From: Lingula anatina
Lineage: Eukaryota > Animalia > Brachiopoda
Reading direction: 5' to 3'
Length of the DNA stretch: 64,000 nt
Assembly (NCBI GenBank): GCA_051362555.1
Contig: CM120645.1
Coordinates: 5,394,001 to 5,458,000 of the forward strand
Shown: positions 49,883-64,000 of the stretch, piece by piece
Numbering within the stretch: position 1 is the stretch's first letter
Layout of the letters: each line of letters starts with the position of its first letter
Program-made: the position numbers and the translations under genes
Notes under the pieces: generated by a model
What the model saw: only the letters and a program-made list of their open reading frames with translations
What the model was told of the DNA's origin: nothing
The model's database searches: none

Positions 49883-52800
49883 TAATAAAATGATTTATTT
49901 AACTAGTCACTTGGCTGATTCACCTCATACAGCAGACCGGAGGGCAAACGTAACGGTCAAAGGTCTAACGTTATGGTCACTCTTTAGTCTGAATGTTTGT
50001 TGTAATAACATCAACACTTATATACACTCTCTATACAGCTGTCCAGTATTGTGATTAAGCGCACAGGTGCAAAAAGTGTTTGAATATATGCCGGAACACG
50101 TACGGGTTCTGTCGAAAGAAAGGGGAGTTTCCGGTGGCCGACTGATTTAACATGGGCCAAAACACTTCATGTTTGAAGTTTTCAAATCCCATAAAAACCG
50201 AACGTGTTTGAGGTGAAGCGGTCTCTCCATTATCAACAGTAAATTTTTTTGAATTACACTTTGAATGGATGTGCACGTATCACAGCAAGTGCAAGGACCG
50301 CCGAGTAAACGCAGAACAATAACATATTCTCACCTCAACGGTGTCAACCGTGTAATTATCAACACCTGCAAAAAACCGCCACACTACCAGGTATATATTT
50401 CATAGGTATGCCTTTTATAACAAAGCTTAATACATTGTACCCTTTGACAATCAGAGCAGCAGTTATTTTTCTACGCGAATCTGCAAATAAAGTGTAAGGG
50501 TGTACTGGGGTACAACATCTTTGGGTAGTGGCGAATGGAAAAAAGGGACTTCCAAAAGAAAAACGAAACCCTTTATCAACGCCTGTCATCTGACTGAAAA
50601 CGATGTCCCGGAGTACAATTAACCCGTGCCTCTAAAGACAAATTGATTTCCGAAACCGACCAAAATTCCATCTACGTCCCTAGCACAAATAGAGGCGCGG
50701 TAAAGCTTGCGATTACAAGAGACGCAGTAGATCTTTATCAATTAAATTGAAAGAAGCAGACGATAGGTTGCAGTTTCGTCGTGGTGTCGCTGGAATCTTG
50801 CTGCTGTTGACGGGCAATGGGATCAGTGCTGTGGCACGATTGGCGAGGCTTGATCGCGTCCGTTGTAACTTTGACTCATTTTTGGTTTAAAATATGAACG
50901 GTAGGCAGCAAATGGACGAAACATTTATTGCGAGATAAGACAAGCGACTGTTTGTAAATCCTACACCAAACACTTATATATATATTCCATGATAAAGCTG
51001 TTTCCAATGGAGATAGGCAGACCAAACTTAGCAGGTGCCGTTCTGCTGTCGTCTAAGTACGATTTCTAACCATCAGATAATAATAAAAAAAAACAGATCT
51101 AATCTCTCAAATATCCCACCCATCGCCATTAAGACTGAGCCAAGCCGTGTGTCGTTATATTGCCCTCTTGTAGTGAACCAATCGTAATCATGGCTCTTTG
51201 AAAGTTGTATTGGAACGAAATATGTCGACCTATCTCCAATGTAAACGAGCCTGGAGATAAGTCTCGGTTTAAACTAATGTGAAAAAATCTATCGACATGG
51301 GACTACAAACCCGAGGCCCTGGAGCATTAACAAAGTAACAAAGTGGCTTTTTTTAATGTTGTGACTTCATTATTGGATATTTCTAATTAACAAGACTAGC
51401 GAAACTCATTTGTATTTTTTGTCGGTAACTGATTGTTCCCTGGAGTAATCTTCGTAACGCGATAAAAGCAGTGCCCAGATTCTATGCATTATCCAAATTA
51501 TTTTCGCTAGTTTGTAATTATCACAAAGGCATTGCTGTGTTTGCATGTCTCTGTTCTGCAAGAGGGTACATGTGTGCCAAAATTATTTCTCTCCTTGCTC
51601 TCATGGACGTCTTTCCGCATATTACTTTTTTCACTACCACAGGCAAAATCACATCGTTATCTCTGCCAGATACACCATTAATAATTTTTATCTCAAGGGC
51701 AGTCTTCACAAAAGAACTCTAGACAAACAAATTGATCGCAAGTTTGATCTAAATTATTACTTTTCATATACCCATGATAAATTAGTAGGGACCCACTAAC
51801 ATAAAATATTGCTCCTGTATTTTTAGAATAAAGGTATGACTTATGCTTTAGATCAACAGAGATCCAGTATCATAGTAAGATAAAGCGAACTTGTCTTGAA
51901 TATTGAACCAAAAGTTCTGTCAATAATTCAAAACCAAATTTTGATCTAAAATTATTTTGTGTTACGGCTCCAAATCACCATAAGCGGCAAATTACAACCA
52001 GTTTCCTTGATGTGAAATGACGAAACTGGATCATTTTCAAAGTTTGAAAGGGGACTACATTTAGTTCGACAAAACAATGCTATTTGCACCAATGTTCAAG
52101 TTGCATCCCTAACAACATCCATATAAAATCATGACCCGGCCAACGCAATAACACGTTAAACGGTACGTACCTTGAAACAACACGATCAATACCAACACGA
52201 TATTTCTTCTTTAGTACTATATCTTCACGCACAGAGCCAACAAGCTTTGCTTCCACTCACGCCAACGGTGTGCCTACTAGTATACTAATAGCCTTCTCTG
52301 TCTCTGTCTAATTTAGTGGCCGTCACAAAACATGCTTCTGGCTCAAAACACCTGTTGTTAAAGTCGTTGTGTTATAATGTGAGGGTCGCTTAACTAATGT
52401 TAACGACAAATTATAGGTATTACGTGTATGCCTAATTATCGTAATTATATTTCATATTACAGAGGTAATGTTACGTTTAGTACTGATTATGGTGTGCACA
52501 AAGGCTGTTGTCACCATGTTTTTATTGTACATTAATTTCACCACCTTTGACAATGTCCATTCCATTATCTCCTAATTTATAGTCATGGAGGTATCAGTTT
52601 CGGACCTATCCCTTAGTATGGACTAAAACCTTCACTTGACAAAGCTTAGAGGGAAAATGATAACATATTTCGAACATGGATTTATAATACAAAAGGTATG
52701 GGTCATATTGATAGCGGAAAACGACGTGTTAACATAACATTTTGATTTTATCTGGCGCAGACGAAAGAGGCCGAAAGATTGCCAAAGCACAGATTATGGT

Positions 52801-54755
52801 CAAAATCTAAACAAAATATCGTTGTAAACTGAAAGCTCTATTTGGATGGTCAAAACACTGAACAAGTTCAACTTGGAGACCGTTTCATTCGCTTAAATGA
52901 TCCTGCCACAAACTTTGCACTGGATTTATACTGACAAAAACAGCGGCGCCATTTTATATCAATAACTATGCACCAAGACGTCCAACAAGGACAGAAACAG
53001 ACGCAAATAACTCCGACAAAAGATAATAATAGAAACTAAACAAAAAACAAAAATGTTATGTTCTTCTCCCGTGAACAAAATGACTCTTTTAGTTTCAATG
53101 CGGTTGGCAATATTTGTTCTTCAATGTTTTGCTATGCAGGTAGACCGGGCTGAAGTGTTTGCAGACAACTTCGGTCCCATAATACATGTCTCGTTGGATA
53201 AAAGCGAAGGCACTCGGAGTGTAGGGTTACCCCACACACGGCTCACCGCAAAAATAACAGCAGGGCTAACCGCGGTGACAGCTTTGACACAGGGAGCCAT
53301 TGTGATCACGTTTGGGTCTTTTGTTTTCAGGGAACTCAGTGTAACAACTTTTAGTATCGACTTCTAGGGTTACACTCGTGGGATTTTCCCAGGTACGCTA
53401 GGTCGAACTGCCAGTACACAAAACAGGCATGGGGGTCCGAGTTGGGACTACACCCCTGGGCATCGGTCATTGTACTGACATGGGGGGGGGGGCTGTCTCA
53501 CAAAAGAACTTTAGCGAAAAACTGGTCTTATCTTAAGATCTAAATTTTAGTCTTTAACCCGAAAATAATCAATGGTTGGCCAATTATTATTCTCCTGGTT
53601 GTTTTTACTTTGAGAAAGGCATGGCAAATGCTTTACACCAATACGAATTTTATTATAGGGGACTAATGTTGGTCTACGTAAGATTCTGTTTTGAACTAAA
53701 ATAAACCTTATCAAAAAGTTCAGAACCAATTTTTAGGCTAAAGATTTCTGGTAAAACTGAACTTTGGGCCCAAACCCAGGGGGTGGGGGCATGATAACAC
53801 GTAAAGGGGCGTTGAAGGGGGGGATAGACGGAGGGGGTACAGGGGAGACATAACGATAAAAGGGTCATTCAGAGCTTCTCGGCGTAGTCTATACCTTTGT
53901 TAGCACTACATGGATATGAATTAATGTTTCTCGCCTTCGAAATGTTTACATAGAATGACAAGCCACCGCAGGAGTCATCCACAAAGTGAAAAATACTTTG
54001 TATGGACCTCCCACTAAGGATTGCAATGTATTGGCCTTAGTAAGGAGGAAAATGCAACAGACACTAATGATACGGTCTTCATAAAGGTTATTAATGAGTG
54101 TATGCATCAGCCCGCATAACGCAAATACGTACACTTCGCGCCGGGGAGGGTCTGACAACCAGAGAGAGGGAGAGCGGCTTACGGTGGGGGGTCTCAAAAT
54201 CACGAAGGTCTCCAAGTTCATGATCTGTCTCAGTTACATGTCCCGACCACACGTGTGGGTTTCTTGTATTCTCCCCTCCCCCCTCCCCTCATCCCCCGCT
54301 CCTCACCCAGGCACCAATATAACCAGATGGTACACAGCCGTTAGGTACACAATATAGGGCCTCTGATTGCACCCCCGCCCCCTTCACCCTGAACCCCACT
54401 CCCTTCGATCCAATATGACCGGCCAAGCACCCACGCCCCAGACACAGAGCCCGGGTGATGGCACAGCAAAAGTGAAGTGCAGCTACATTATTACCCAGGC
54501 AGCCAGTGCAGTTAGTATTAAACGTGAAATGATCCGCGAAGAAATCAATACAATCCACGCCATTGTTGTTGAATTGACGCAGCGCCATGTAACAATGCTT
54601 TTATAATAGGGGTTCATTAATTTTAATGATGGCGTTGATTGCGACTGGGGGTGGTCCGTGTTGAAGTTCAAATTTGGATATTTAACGAGCTCAACCGCAG
54701 ACTATTCTGTGTAGGGCCCCATGTGAAGTAAGCATTGATCTAAAAACTTGCTCAC

Positions 54756-54830
54756 CTCTCTCGAGTGCAGTGCACGTAACACCCGACGTTTTATCGAAAT
54801 TTGTTCAACGACGTGTAGTTCGTGACGCAT
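54756..54830 (-). CDS. Candidate upstream coding exon for the 41605-44109 exon (MRHELHVVEQISIKRRVLRALHSRE)
   Basis: AAAC-ATG context, 25 open codons, phase-0 donor GAG|GTGAGC compatible with the 44109 acceptor; no independent support. Confidence 0.25.
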
Positions 54831-56224
54831 GTTTGGGTTTGTAAGAAGGGCATTTTATTTTCCGATAATGTTTAAATGCACAATTATTACTCATCTGTCT
54901 ATTTATTTTGTTTGTTGTGGCGATACGGATTGATTTTTAAAATTGTTTTCGTCAACATTTTTAAACATAGTCGTCCCGTCGCTCTGGCTCGGTGCCCCCC
55001 CCCCCCCCCCCCCTCGCTCTTCCCAAACCCTCCCTTCATTCAATCCAAGATTTCAGTTGTTATTTCTTTTAAATGGCTTCGCTATCTGACACCTGTCTAA
55101 TTACCAGGTTACGTTTGATGCGTCTTCCCTTAAAAATAAATAATAATAACGTCTTTCTTCAGGAGGAAACTAATTAGAGCGCCGACATACAGGTTTCATT
55201 TGGATTAGGCAATGCATAAAGAACTGTCACTTGAGAGGAGAATTCCTTCATTAGCGTGAACAGAAAAGCGGGATTCTATTTCTTCGGTTATCGTGAACGC
55301 TTCCTCAGTGATTTCCGTCTCAATTATTCGACGGATACAGTGCTGAACGTATACATTTCCTTTAACGGAACCGCCAAGTCGGTTGAGGTAATATACAAAG
55401 TATAATTTGACGGGGGCAAGGAGAAAAGTGGCCTTCCTCGCTTCTTTCACTTCGCTAAGTGTCACTTAATCAAGCTACGTTAATAGCACATCGCCTAGAT
55501 CATGTTCAGACCGTTGGTTGTTAAGAATTTGAATGGTCATATCTATACGCATACGAATAAGGAGAAAGGGAAGTTATCTATATCCACATGAATTGACTCC
55601 CTTATTGTCAGATGGACACCGCACCTAAGACAACAGGCTTGAGAAAAAACGCCATATCTTTTGAAAAAATCTTGCCGTCATCTTTCGTACGACGATCACG
55701 CGCACACGCGGTCACGTTCTACTGATTTCCCACCAGATCGTGCAATCAAGGGAACAATTCCATCAATTCATGCGAGAGAGAATGAGATGGAAAGGAGATA
55801 TCCTCACATTTAATGTCTACCTGCGGTTACCCGAAACTGGTGTTATGTCCCCGTTTATCGTATCTCTTTTCAAGTGCCGATAACTGCTACATTGGTGACG
55901 TTACGTTGGCCCTTTAACAGGAATCATGGGCGGAAAGAATTCGCATTATTTGGGAAAACCTGTACATGGCATGGCTGCACTTTGAAGGCCTTTGTGAAAA
56001 GTGTTATTTTTTGTGTGCCCGTCTTCAGATAATTGCTAATGCTGTTTAAATTGCACGTTTGAGGCGGAGGAAGAAAAAAGAAAGACACGAAAACAAGTTC
56101 TACTGCTCGTAATTTTCTCACAAGCTGTGGCTGTTGTTGTCCCATTAAATCTTAACTTATCTATCTCGCTTGATAAATCACTTTGTGAGATTTAGTTGAT
56201 GTTAAGGGGTGCTCAGTTGTTTTC

Positions 56225-56228
<4 letters not shown>

Positions 56229-56262
<34 letters not shown>
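56229..56262. repeat. (GA)n microsatellite
   Basis: Direct reading. Confidence 0.95.
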
Positions 56263-56264
<2 letters not shown>

Positions 56265-57362
56265 CTTGACGACAACCCCTTTCTTTGAATACAACAGAGT
56301 ACATTTCAACTGCAATTAAAAACCAATTCACCCACTAGGGCTCGTATCGCACGCCATCTGCCAAAAAAGGGCTCAATTTCATTGTTAAAAGTCATGAGAC
56401 TTACACGCCATGGCACGCACAAGAATTGTTTCCTTACAGACCTGACATGTTCTAACTGGTGTAATCTAAAGCCAGCTCATCCTACTTCAACGGCAAAGCA
56501 TCCTTCACTGTAGTGTTCTTGACAGAAATTGTCCATAGCAATGTCAACTCACTAGTGTCGCCTATCATTTATTATACACTTATTCCCTCCTTAGCAGTGT
56601 TGAGCTATTGAGATATGATGGCAATTCACTGAAAACTTCACCTATATGCCATTATTCTGACACGTAAACAAAATCTATCACCTTTTGGTGCCCGCATTCT
56701 CGTGATTTTGCTAAATTTCTGCAATAGTTAATAAGCACCTGAACTTTTGACTCAAAATATGAGCACATTAGCTGTAGAAAACTGTGCAATCTGCATTATA
56801 AACGGGGAATAAATTAATGTACAAGCAATCACGCCACATCGTCAAAAATACATGATATTGATTTTCACTAGAAACACTGAGACCATAAAAAATTCACCTT
56901 GGCCGTCGCCAGCAAATTTTCACAAGTGGACAGTCACCAAACCGACCAACAAAACCTCTCACATTATACCTTTACAAAACATACGCTGTTATTTAAACAG
57001 GATAAAAACTAAGAAAATACCAGCAACGTGTCGATAAGTGTCTAATTCCCCCAGGAGTTTTATCTTGTTTGTCGAGTAAAGCTAGGCTTACCGTGAAGTA
57101 ATGAACGACATCTTCAACTTGACAACACCTCTAACACTGGAAGGGCGGAGATCGAACTTGCAGTGAAATAAGGTATAAGACTCGCGAGTTGATTCCCACT
57201 ATTTATAGCCATTTATCTTTCGTGATTAAAAATTTATCATCATGCAATGAGCAACAGACGTTGAGCATTCTGTACAAGTAAAATACAAGCTGTCTCGATA
57301 CATACCACGGATTGCCTCAGCTGTCCGAGCAAACTGTCCATTTTATTGCCCGAATGGGCCAT

Positions 57363-57546
57363 TCAGTTGGCGTCCGCCTTCGTCTTCGCGCTCGACGCCG
57401 CTGTCGTCGTAAATACCACCACTTTTCATATGGCTGTCCTTTAACCCAAGTCCCAATTTCATGTACTTATTAGCGTCCTTTTTTCCTCGCGTCCGCTTCT
57501 GTCATTTAAATACGTTCTAATATCCGAGCGGTCAGCACAGGTAAGT
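57363..57546 (+). promoter_or_regulatory. Candidate TSS and non-coding first exon of a plus-strand transcript
   Basis: Initiator-like TCAGTT (57363-57368), CpG-dense ~175 bp, consensus donor CAG|GTAAGT at 57540/57541. Confidence 0.35.
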
Positions 57547-60500
57547 TAATGCTGCCGCGTCTTCAATAAATCTACCTGTTCTAATAACTATACTGATATA
57601 ATCCTTGGTTAACAAGACTACTACGGATGGAAAAGACACGACTTGGTGATTCACGTGTCCATCTACTCCGTAAGTCTTGGTCACCCTAATGTCTTCAAGT
57701 ACACAAGATACAAATTAGCCGTGTGTGTACTGCTTTGTCACAGGAGCACTGCACAAAACGCGTCCTTTCACTCTGCCTGCGACTGTGTATTTGTTCGCAG
57801 CAGCAGCATTACTCTCATTAATGAGGAGAGCCCCTTATTGACACAACAATAGAAGACCGATTCGATATCGCCCTGGGGGTCACGTGGCAGGCCTGCGATT
57901 CAGCTCCCCTGTTTAAGGTTATATTAAGTATCTCACCCTCACCCCAGTGTCAACCCTGATAAAAAATAAACACCCGACGTTTGATTGACAGGCAGCTAAA
58001 TAAGGGAAGGAGGGGTGGAGGGATTCCGCGCGCTTAGGGGTAACCGGTACATTTTTATCAAACTCCGACCTCCTCTCCCCCCTCCATAAAGGATGATTTC
58101 ACGGGTTAAGGAGTTGAAATGAAGCCAAACATTTTGATTGGGAGATTCCTCCTGTGTTACAGAGGTTCGTGTGTTCTTTCCATGGCTTTATAAATTCATG
58201 GATGTAATACGGGTATAAATGTGACATTAAGTGGATTTATAGTGACGTCCGTATGAAGGTGTATTGCAGGTAACGACACCTGGCGGCATTAGAGAAAAGC
58301 TATGCATATCCACTGCAGTCGTTTTATATTTCTAAATGCCTAAAGCGATTATTTGGAATCTTATTGAATCACAAAGATCATATTGATTAAAGCCTTATAT
58401 TTCTCTTAGAAAAAGAAGCATATTAGGACAGATATACTGTACACTTTTTTTACAGGTATGTGTTGGGAGCAGATTTATAGCCTGTACGCGCTCTTGGCTT
58501 TCTTTGCCATGGCTTTTCTCCTCTATTAACTACAATTCGTACATTGAAAAGGCCATTTATAAAGTATAGCCTCTCTCCTTGCACTTCCTCACTATACAAA
58601 AATTGCCAAATCCTTGCATCTGCACATCTTTGTCTAACAATCAATCAAATTATATACTTTACCTATGCTTTCCAAACTGGTTGTTAGTCCCCAAAGCGCC
58701 GATCTCTATGTACAATAAAGTCCACTTTGACTCGAATTCCACTTTTCGTTGCTCGTATGGAAAATGCGTTTAATTTCCCTTCCTGCTTCGTTCTTGGAGG
58801 ATAACTGTGCTCCGTCCTCTATCTACAGGTATATTATTGCACTATCTGGTCGTTCTAATCTGCGGCCTCAGATGGTCATTGTATTTTCCATATTTAATAC
58901 AGCGGATGATAAGCAGATATGGATGCTATCACACACAATCAGACCATTTTATACGGGGGGAGAACACTGGGGGTGTGTATGTGCCGGGTAGTTGACTAAT
59001 GAAGTTAAGATGCACAGATGTTTAGACTGTGCGGGGATTGTCTCGTGATTTCAAGTTAACGAAGTTAAGATGTTTATCTGAGAAGACAGGACGAACGAAG
59101 AAGTCGAGTAACATGCGCACATCCTGGTCAATCTTATCTATCTCAGTGAAAACCTGCTAGATTTTACACACATTAAATGTTCTTTCTGATTTCGCTTCCT
59201 TTAACTGGTTGATATTGGACCCATTTCACTATCCTTGTTTGTGCAGTCTGGGGATAAAATTCATTTTTCATATCATTGTAGGCCTACTACCGTTAAAATT
59301 ATACGGGGGAAAAATAACACCATTGTTGCCCTTGTTGCAAGCTAATATATCAAGAAGTCTGGTAGTGAGCCGTGATTTCGCCTCTTTCTTCCTTTTCTAA
59401 CACTTTTATTTACTTATGTCACATATTTTGACAATATACAAAGATTGCATATTGCCATATCGTCAGATATAAACAAATGGCTTCTCTATTCACCATAGTC
59501 TGAAACACACTCTTAAACTTTTTTCTTGTACATCTTACGTGTTTCGGATTAGAACTTTGGTGGGAACTTGATTTAATCTAGATTTAATGAAACATATACG
59601 TCTAACCAAAACAGAACCATTTGGATTTTGTTTTATTGGTTAGTATGAGACAAAGAGACAGAGTCAAGGAAGCCCTTATGAAATTTTAGTGGCTTCAAGT
59701 TCAACACAATTAATTCACGTTAAAGCTGAAGAAAACTTATCACTTTATAAAATACCTCTCCGGAAATTCCAAACATCGTTTGCAAAGCATCCGGTGAAGA
59801 AAGCAAGATGTCACCAACTCAGAATCCAATTTTACCTCCTCGAGGTTTGTTACAGAAAAGCATTTTTGAATTTCAGGAAAAGAAGAATAAAACAAAGAAA
59901 ACTTAGCAGTGAATTAACTTACCCCATCACCTCCCAAGTCGCTGTACAACAAGACTCAATGCCCGATTTCAGCAGCGTAAAAAGTTCGCTAGAATTAAAG
60001 AAAACATTCCACCACGATTTTGACACCGATCACTCTAAAGATATTGGCACTTTTTAAGAGGAAGCACGAATTGTAAGATCATGCCACTGTAGACGCAGGG
60101 GCCTGGAGTTGTTGACCTTCACCCCTGTGTCGATAGTCTCTTTCGCAGGTGCAAATACCAAACACTAACGTGTTTTTTTCCTGATAAATTCTTGAATTCT
60201 GTGCACTGGCAATTTGGCTACGCAGGTGTCAGTAACACACCTGGGTACTGTGATTAAGTTTCTCATAAGTTGTAATAAAATCAAGGTAATACACGATAAA
60301 GAAATGTACCAACCTTAAACAGAGTAGACGCAGAGTAGCGCAGAACAGACGTTGCACCTAGCCAGCGCGAATGCTAAAAAAAGATTTATTGGGCTACTGT
60401 AGGCGATGTTTATTCACCAGAATATTAATCACTATTTTTTCGTCTTTATTCATTATAATCAGATAGAAAAATTAGTTTTAATACAAGATTATACCTCAAT

Positions 60501-61713
60501 ACTGCGCGTCCTGAGCGTTGTGAAGGAGGTTACTCTCCCCCTCTGCTGTCAGTAGGGGATGTTGTTCTTTCGATTAAATCTTCAAGTCACTTCGCATTGG
60601 TCTCAAATTCTGTTTGTACTCCAGTCATTTTGCACATAAGTACGCGGCTTAAATAACTCATATGAAATGTCACATTGGAAATTTGTTTGTCAATACTTAT
60701 AGGGAGATATAAAAAAAACGGAGTTATGAAACGCACGTGATTTATCGACCATCCATGAAAGACGGCAAATTTTATCTGGAAAACAGAAAAGTGGCACGAA
60801 GACAATTGACCAACCTTCAATTTTTTCATTATGTTAGGCAAGTGTGGTATTATAAAGCCCAGCATAACGGAAAAAAATGAAATTGGTTTATACTAGTGTG
60901 GTAATTAATCTAAAGTAGTTTTAATTGGTTTTACAGGTATTTACCGATCATCTAGGCAACCCAGCTAGGACGAAAATATGCAGGATACGCCCATTACCAT
61001 CAGTGTTCAATTCAGTAATGGATCATTTGCAAATAATGTGTTATGTTAATTACTTGTGCATGCAACACTTCTTGGAAGATCAATTAAGAGAAAAAAAAAC
61101 AAACATTCATAGACCATCACCCTTACCAGCAAGCTAGACGGGTACCATCCAGAGTTTCAACTGTCACTGGAAAGTCTCAAGATTTGTCATCTGGAAGCGG
61201 CAGATGCATGCTGATAACTTAGGTGACTATTTCCAGTGGCTACTGAGAGACAGTGTGACGGTCAATTAGCAGATAAGTAAGTAAGTATTAATTTCACGAC
61301 ATTTATTTTACATAGGAACTCTTATTCTTTTTAAACCACTGCTTGCTTCCGCCGCATCGTTTTTCGCCTTCTGCGGTTTTCATACTGTTGAACTTGGAAG
61401 ACCATTCGAATCGATCGAGTTTTGCCATTCGGAACTATACTCATGTTAGTGATTGCTGCATTTCATATATTTTAGATTTAACTGCAACACGATTGTAAGA
61501 GACTATTTGTCAGGTCTGTGTTGTTTTAAGTTTGTAAAGAATAAGCCGTATATTTGCTCATTCTGCCGTTCGATACTCATGTTTTAACAGTTGGCTACAT
61601 TTCAGATTTAGTTCGTACCATGGAAGCGCCGTTTATGACGTCGACACTGTAAATGAAACCTTTCTCGTAAAACAAAAAGATTTGACAACCATTTTTCATC
61701 ACCAGTAGGGCTA

Positions 61714-63029
61714 CACTGATGCTCATAAGTTAAGCAACACCCCGATTTTTTCAAAAGTTTCTTCTATCATGATCATTATTTCATTTGTTGGTGGGATTAT
61801 GTATATTTCTTTCATATTTTATAAAGAACTTATTCAAGTTGAACATTTTGGTTAAAGAAATACATCACACAGCTTATTGTAATAATCAAAATGACTTTAT
61901 TAACCAAACGGTACTTAAATATGCCAAACCATGTGTCAAAAAAGTATGCTCACACAGCAAAAAGTACGTGCTGATTAATGCAGCTTATTATGAAAAAATA
62001 AAGTTTGATCATCTAAGAATTAGTTTTAATAATAGAAGACTGTAGATAATAGATGATTAATCGCCTATTATGCAATAAATATCGGGTGTGCTTTCCCTGG
62101 TTTTGAACAACAGTTTCACATTGTCTCCAGCAACTTGCCACCAAATTCTGCCAATCTTGCTTTGAGAGCCGGTTCCATTCTTTATTTACTGCCTGTTGGA
62201 TTTCTCTAATGTTTCTAACTAGAGGCTGTCTCTCATTTATTGCCCTGTCAATCATATTCTAAGCATGCTCGATTACACTGAGAATTGGTAAATATGCAGG
62301 CCAATCCAAATGTGGGATACCGCGCTGTTGCAGCGCGTCTTGCACGGACCATGCTTTCTGGATGGGCGCATTGTCCTGCACAAAAATGATTTTTCTTTCT
62401 GGATTTGCTTGAATGTGTGATTGTATGCACCCCAATGGTATTTCGTCTCTGTATTGTTGACCAGGGCGCCTCCCGTGAATGACGTATGGTGGCAATTTTT
62501 GATTGTTTGGCTGAAATGAACTGGTCCTTGTGGCATAATCGAACCAGATATCTTCATCTCTTGCGTCGGTTAATATTGGTCTACCAGAAAGAGGCTTGTC
62601 CAATACATGCTGAGTTTGGCGCCTTTTGCTACCAGCTTGGACACTTGACTTGGTGCTGCTTTTTTGTTGCCTTGCAATCTGTCTCTTTGGCACCCCAGCA
62701 CGATGGCTTTCCATTATTTGCCATCTGATTACCTCGTTGAGTCCTCTTCTAACCATTGGTTGGTCCAAAATAACAAATTGTGCCCATGAAACAAGCCAAA
62801 CTGGAAGCTCCTCATGGCATAGCCAAACTGTGTTTTTCGCAAGTGGCACCCCCATTGCATATTCTATCGTGTCCAACAGTAAATAGTACTCTAATGTCAC
62901 GGTCCAGTAAGTCAAAGTAAAAACAAGAGAAATATCTAGCTATTGTAAAAAATTTTGCCTCAATAAAAATTTTGGTTGCTGAGAAATTCGAGAAATAAGA
63001 TAGTGTTGCTTAACTTATGAGCATCAGTG
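61714..63029 (-). mobile_element. Tc1/mariner DNA transposon, 1316 bp, decayed
   Basis: Perfect 27-bp TIR CACTGATGCTCATAAGTTAAGCAACAC with TA TSD on both sides; transposase remnant inside. Confidence 0.95.
62079..62756 (-). pseudogene. Tc1-family transposase pseudogene (internally deleted, disrupted)
   Basis: N-terminal HTH-like RWQIMESHRAGVPKRQIARQ and SGRP; catalytic-region FVQDNAP and LDWPAYLPILSVIEH (degenerate WPxxSPDLNPIE); C-terminal QGKHTRY after a premature stop; first catalytic Asp region missing. Confidence 0.9.
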
Positions 63030-63597
63030 TAGAATCACATGCAGTTAGTGCACTTATACGTCACAGTAAATCGAACGTTGGCCATCATTCGCGGCGCTTA
63101 AGAAAATTTATGAAGGTTATGTAAAAAATGGCTGATATAAACTGTCTATTTAAAGATTCACTCCGTCCAATGCCGAAAATAGGTTTATCCTCAAACTTAT
63201 GTAAACTGTTCAGATATATCAAACTGTAGCTATTGTTTTGGTATTGCTTCTGTTGATTGAATGGGATGTTGAGACACCTTCCGACTTCTCTAACACATTC
63301 ATAACTGCAAGCTCCGTTGCGTTGTGCTTTCCATAAGTGGTAAATTTAATCAAAAAAGATAATGTGATACAAAGATTAATGTATATTAAACCAATACAGT
63401 TTAGTTGTTATTGTGAACAGCTACATAATCTACTATCTGTTATTTTCAAAAGGAGTACAATTTTAGTCTATAATATATTCCCCTTTTAAGCTTTTGCCAA
63501 TCCGAGCTAGGAAAATTTTTTTCTTTAAAATACCCTGGGTTCACTTGTGAGAAGACAGGCTCCATGTCACTGAGAAAAACAGCCAGCTTACATGGGA

Positions 63598-63612
63598 TAA
63601 TAATAATAATAA

Positions 63613-63643
<31 letters not shown>

Positions 63644-63650
63644 AATAATA
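63598..63650. repeat. (TAA)n microsatellite
   Basis: Direct reading. Confidence 0.95.
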
Positions 63651-64000
63651 GGCAAGTTCTTTGTTAAATCTCACTGAGGTAGTGCCATTTAGGAACACAT
63701 TCAATCCACTAGCAAATGCCTACACACCAAATGTTTAGAGTCTGTGCCACATAATGTGCAGTTATAGTCAAGCTGTGCTTGTCAACAAATAGAGATGTTC
63801 CATGTAATGCTCATCTAATGCTGATCCTAATTTGAGAATTTTCAAAGAATCAAAAATATTTGGCAAAAATGTGGCTAGTATAGTTTCTTTCACAGACCGA
63901 GACGAGTTTTTTCACATCAGCTGTTAAGACTTAGTGATTTAATCTTAACAAATATATACTTGTGCATCCAAAATACACGGAGGGTAAGGAGATACTTAGG

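Noticed and set aside
53770-54400. G-run and C-run tracts with G-quadruplex potential
   Set aside because: Common low-complexity sequence with no independent functional support.

Overview
AT-rich, intron-containing animal genomic DNA, most likely from an invertebrate; the species cannot be determined from the sequence. (1) A complete minus-strand SLC41-family (MgtE-like) Mg2+ transporter gene has 10 coding exons (19496 to 3194), all GT-AG and phase-consistent, giving 545 aa. It has a candidate non-coding first exon and promoter near 20.05-20.15 kb and three uORFs. (2) DNA transposons defined by TIR plus TSD: a Kolobok-like MITE, a 2.4-kb Harbinger-like element, two Tourist-like MITEs, a 5.26-kb P-element-like element (31-bp TIR, 7-bp TSD) with a nested Sola2-like element, and a decayed Tc1. 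(3) Three intron-containing tRNA-Arg(TCT) genes lie in ~584-bp tandem units. (4) A ~2.5-kb minus-strand coding exon encodes a disordered, tyrosine-motif-rich protein with a possible FAM89/LURAP-like N-terminal helix. The most notable observation is two tiny TIR-TIR remnants (24 and 36 bp), each flanked by a 7-bp TSD, that look like P-element excision footprints. One carries the same TIR as the full element 3.3 kb away. All family assignments come from reading motifs by eye; no database search was run.
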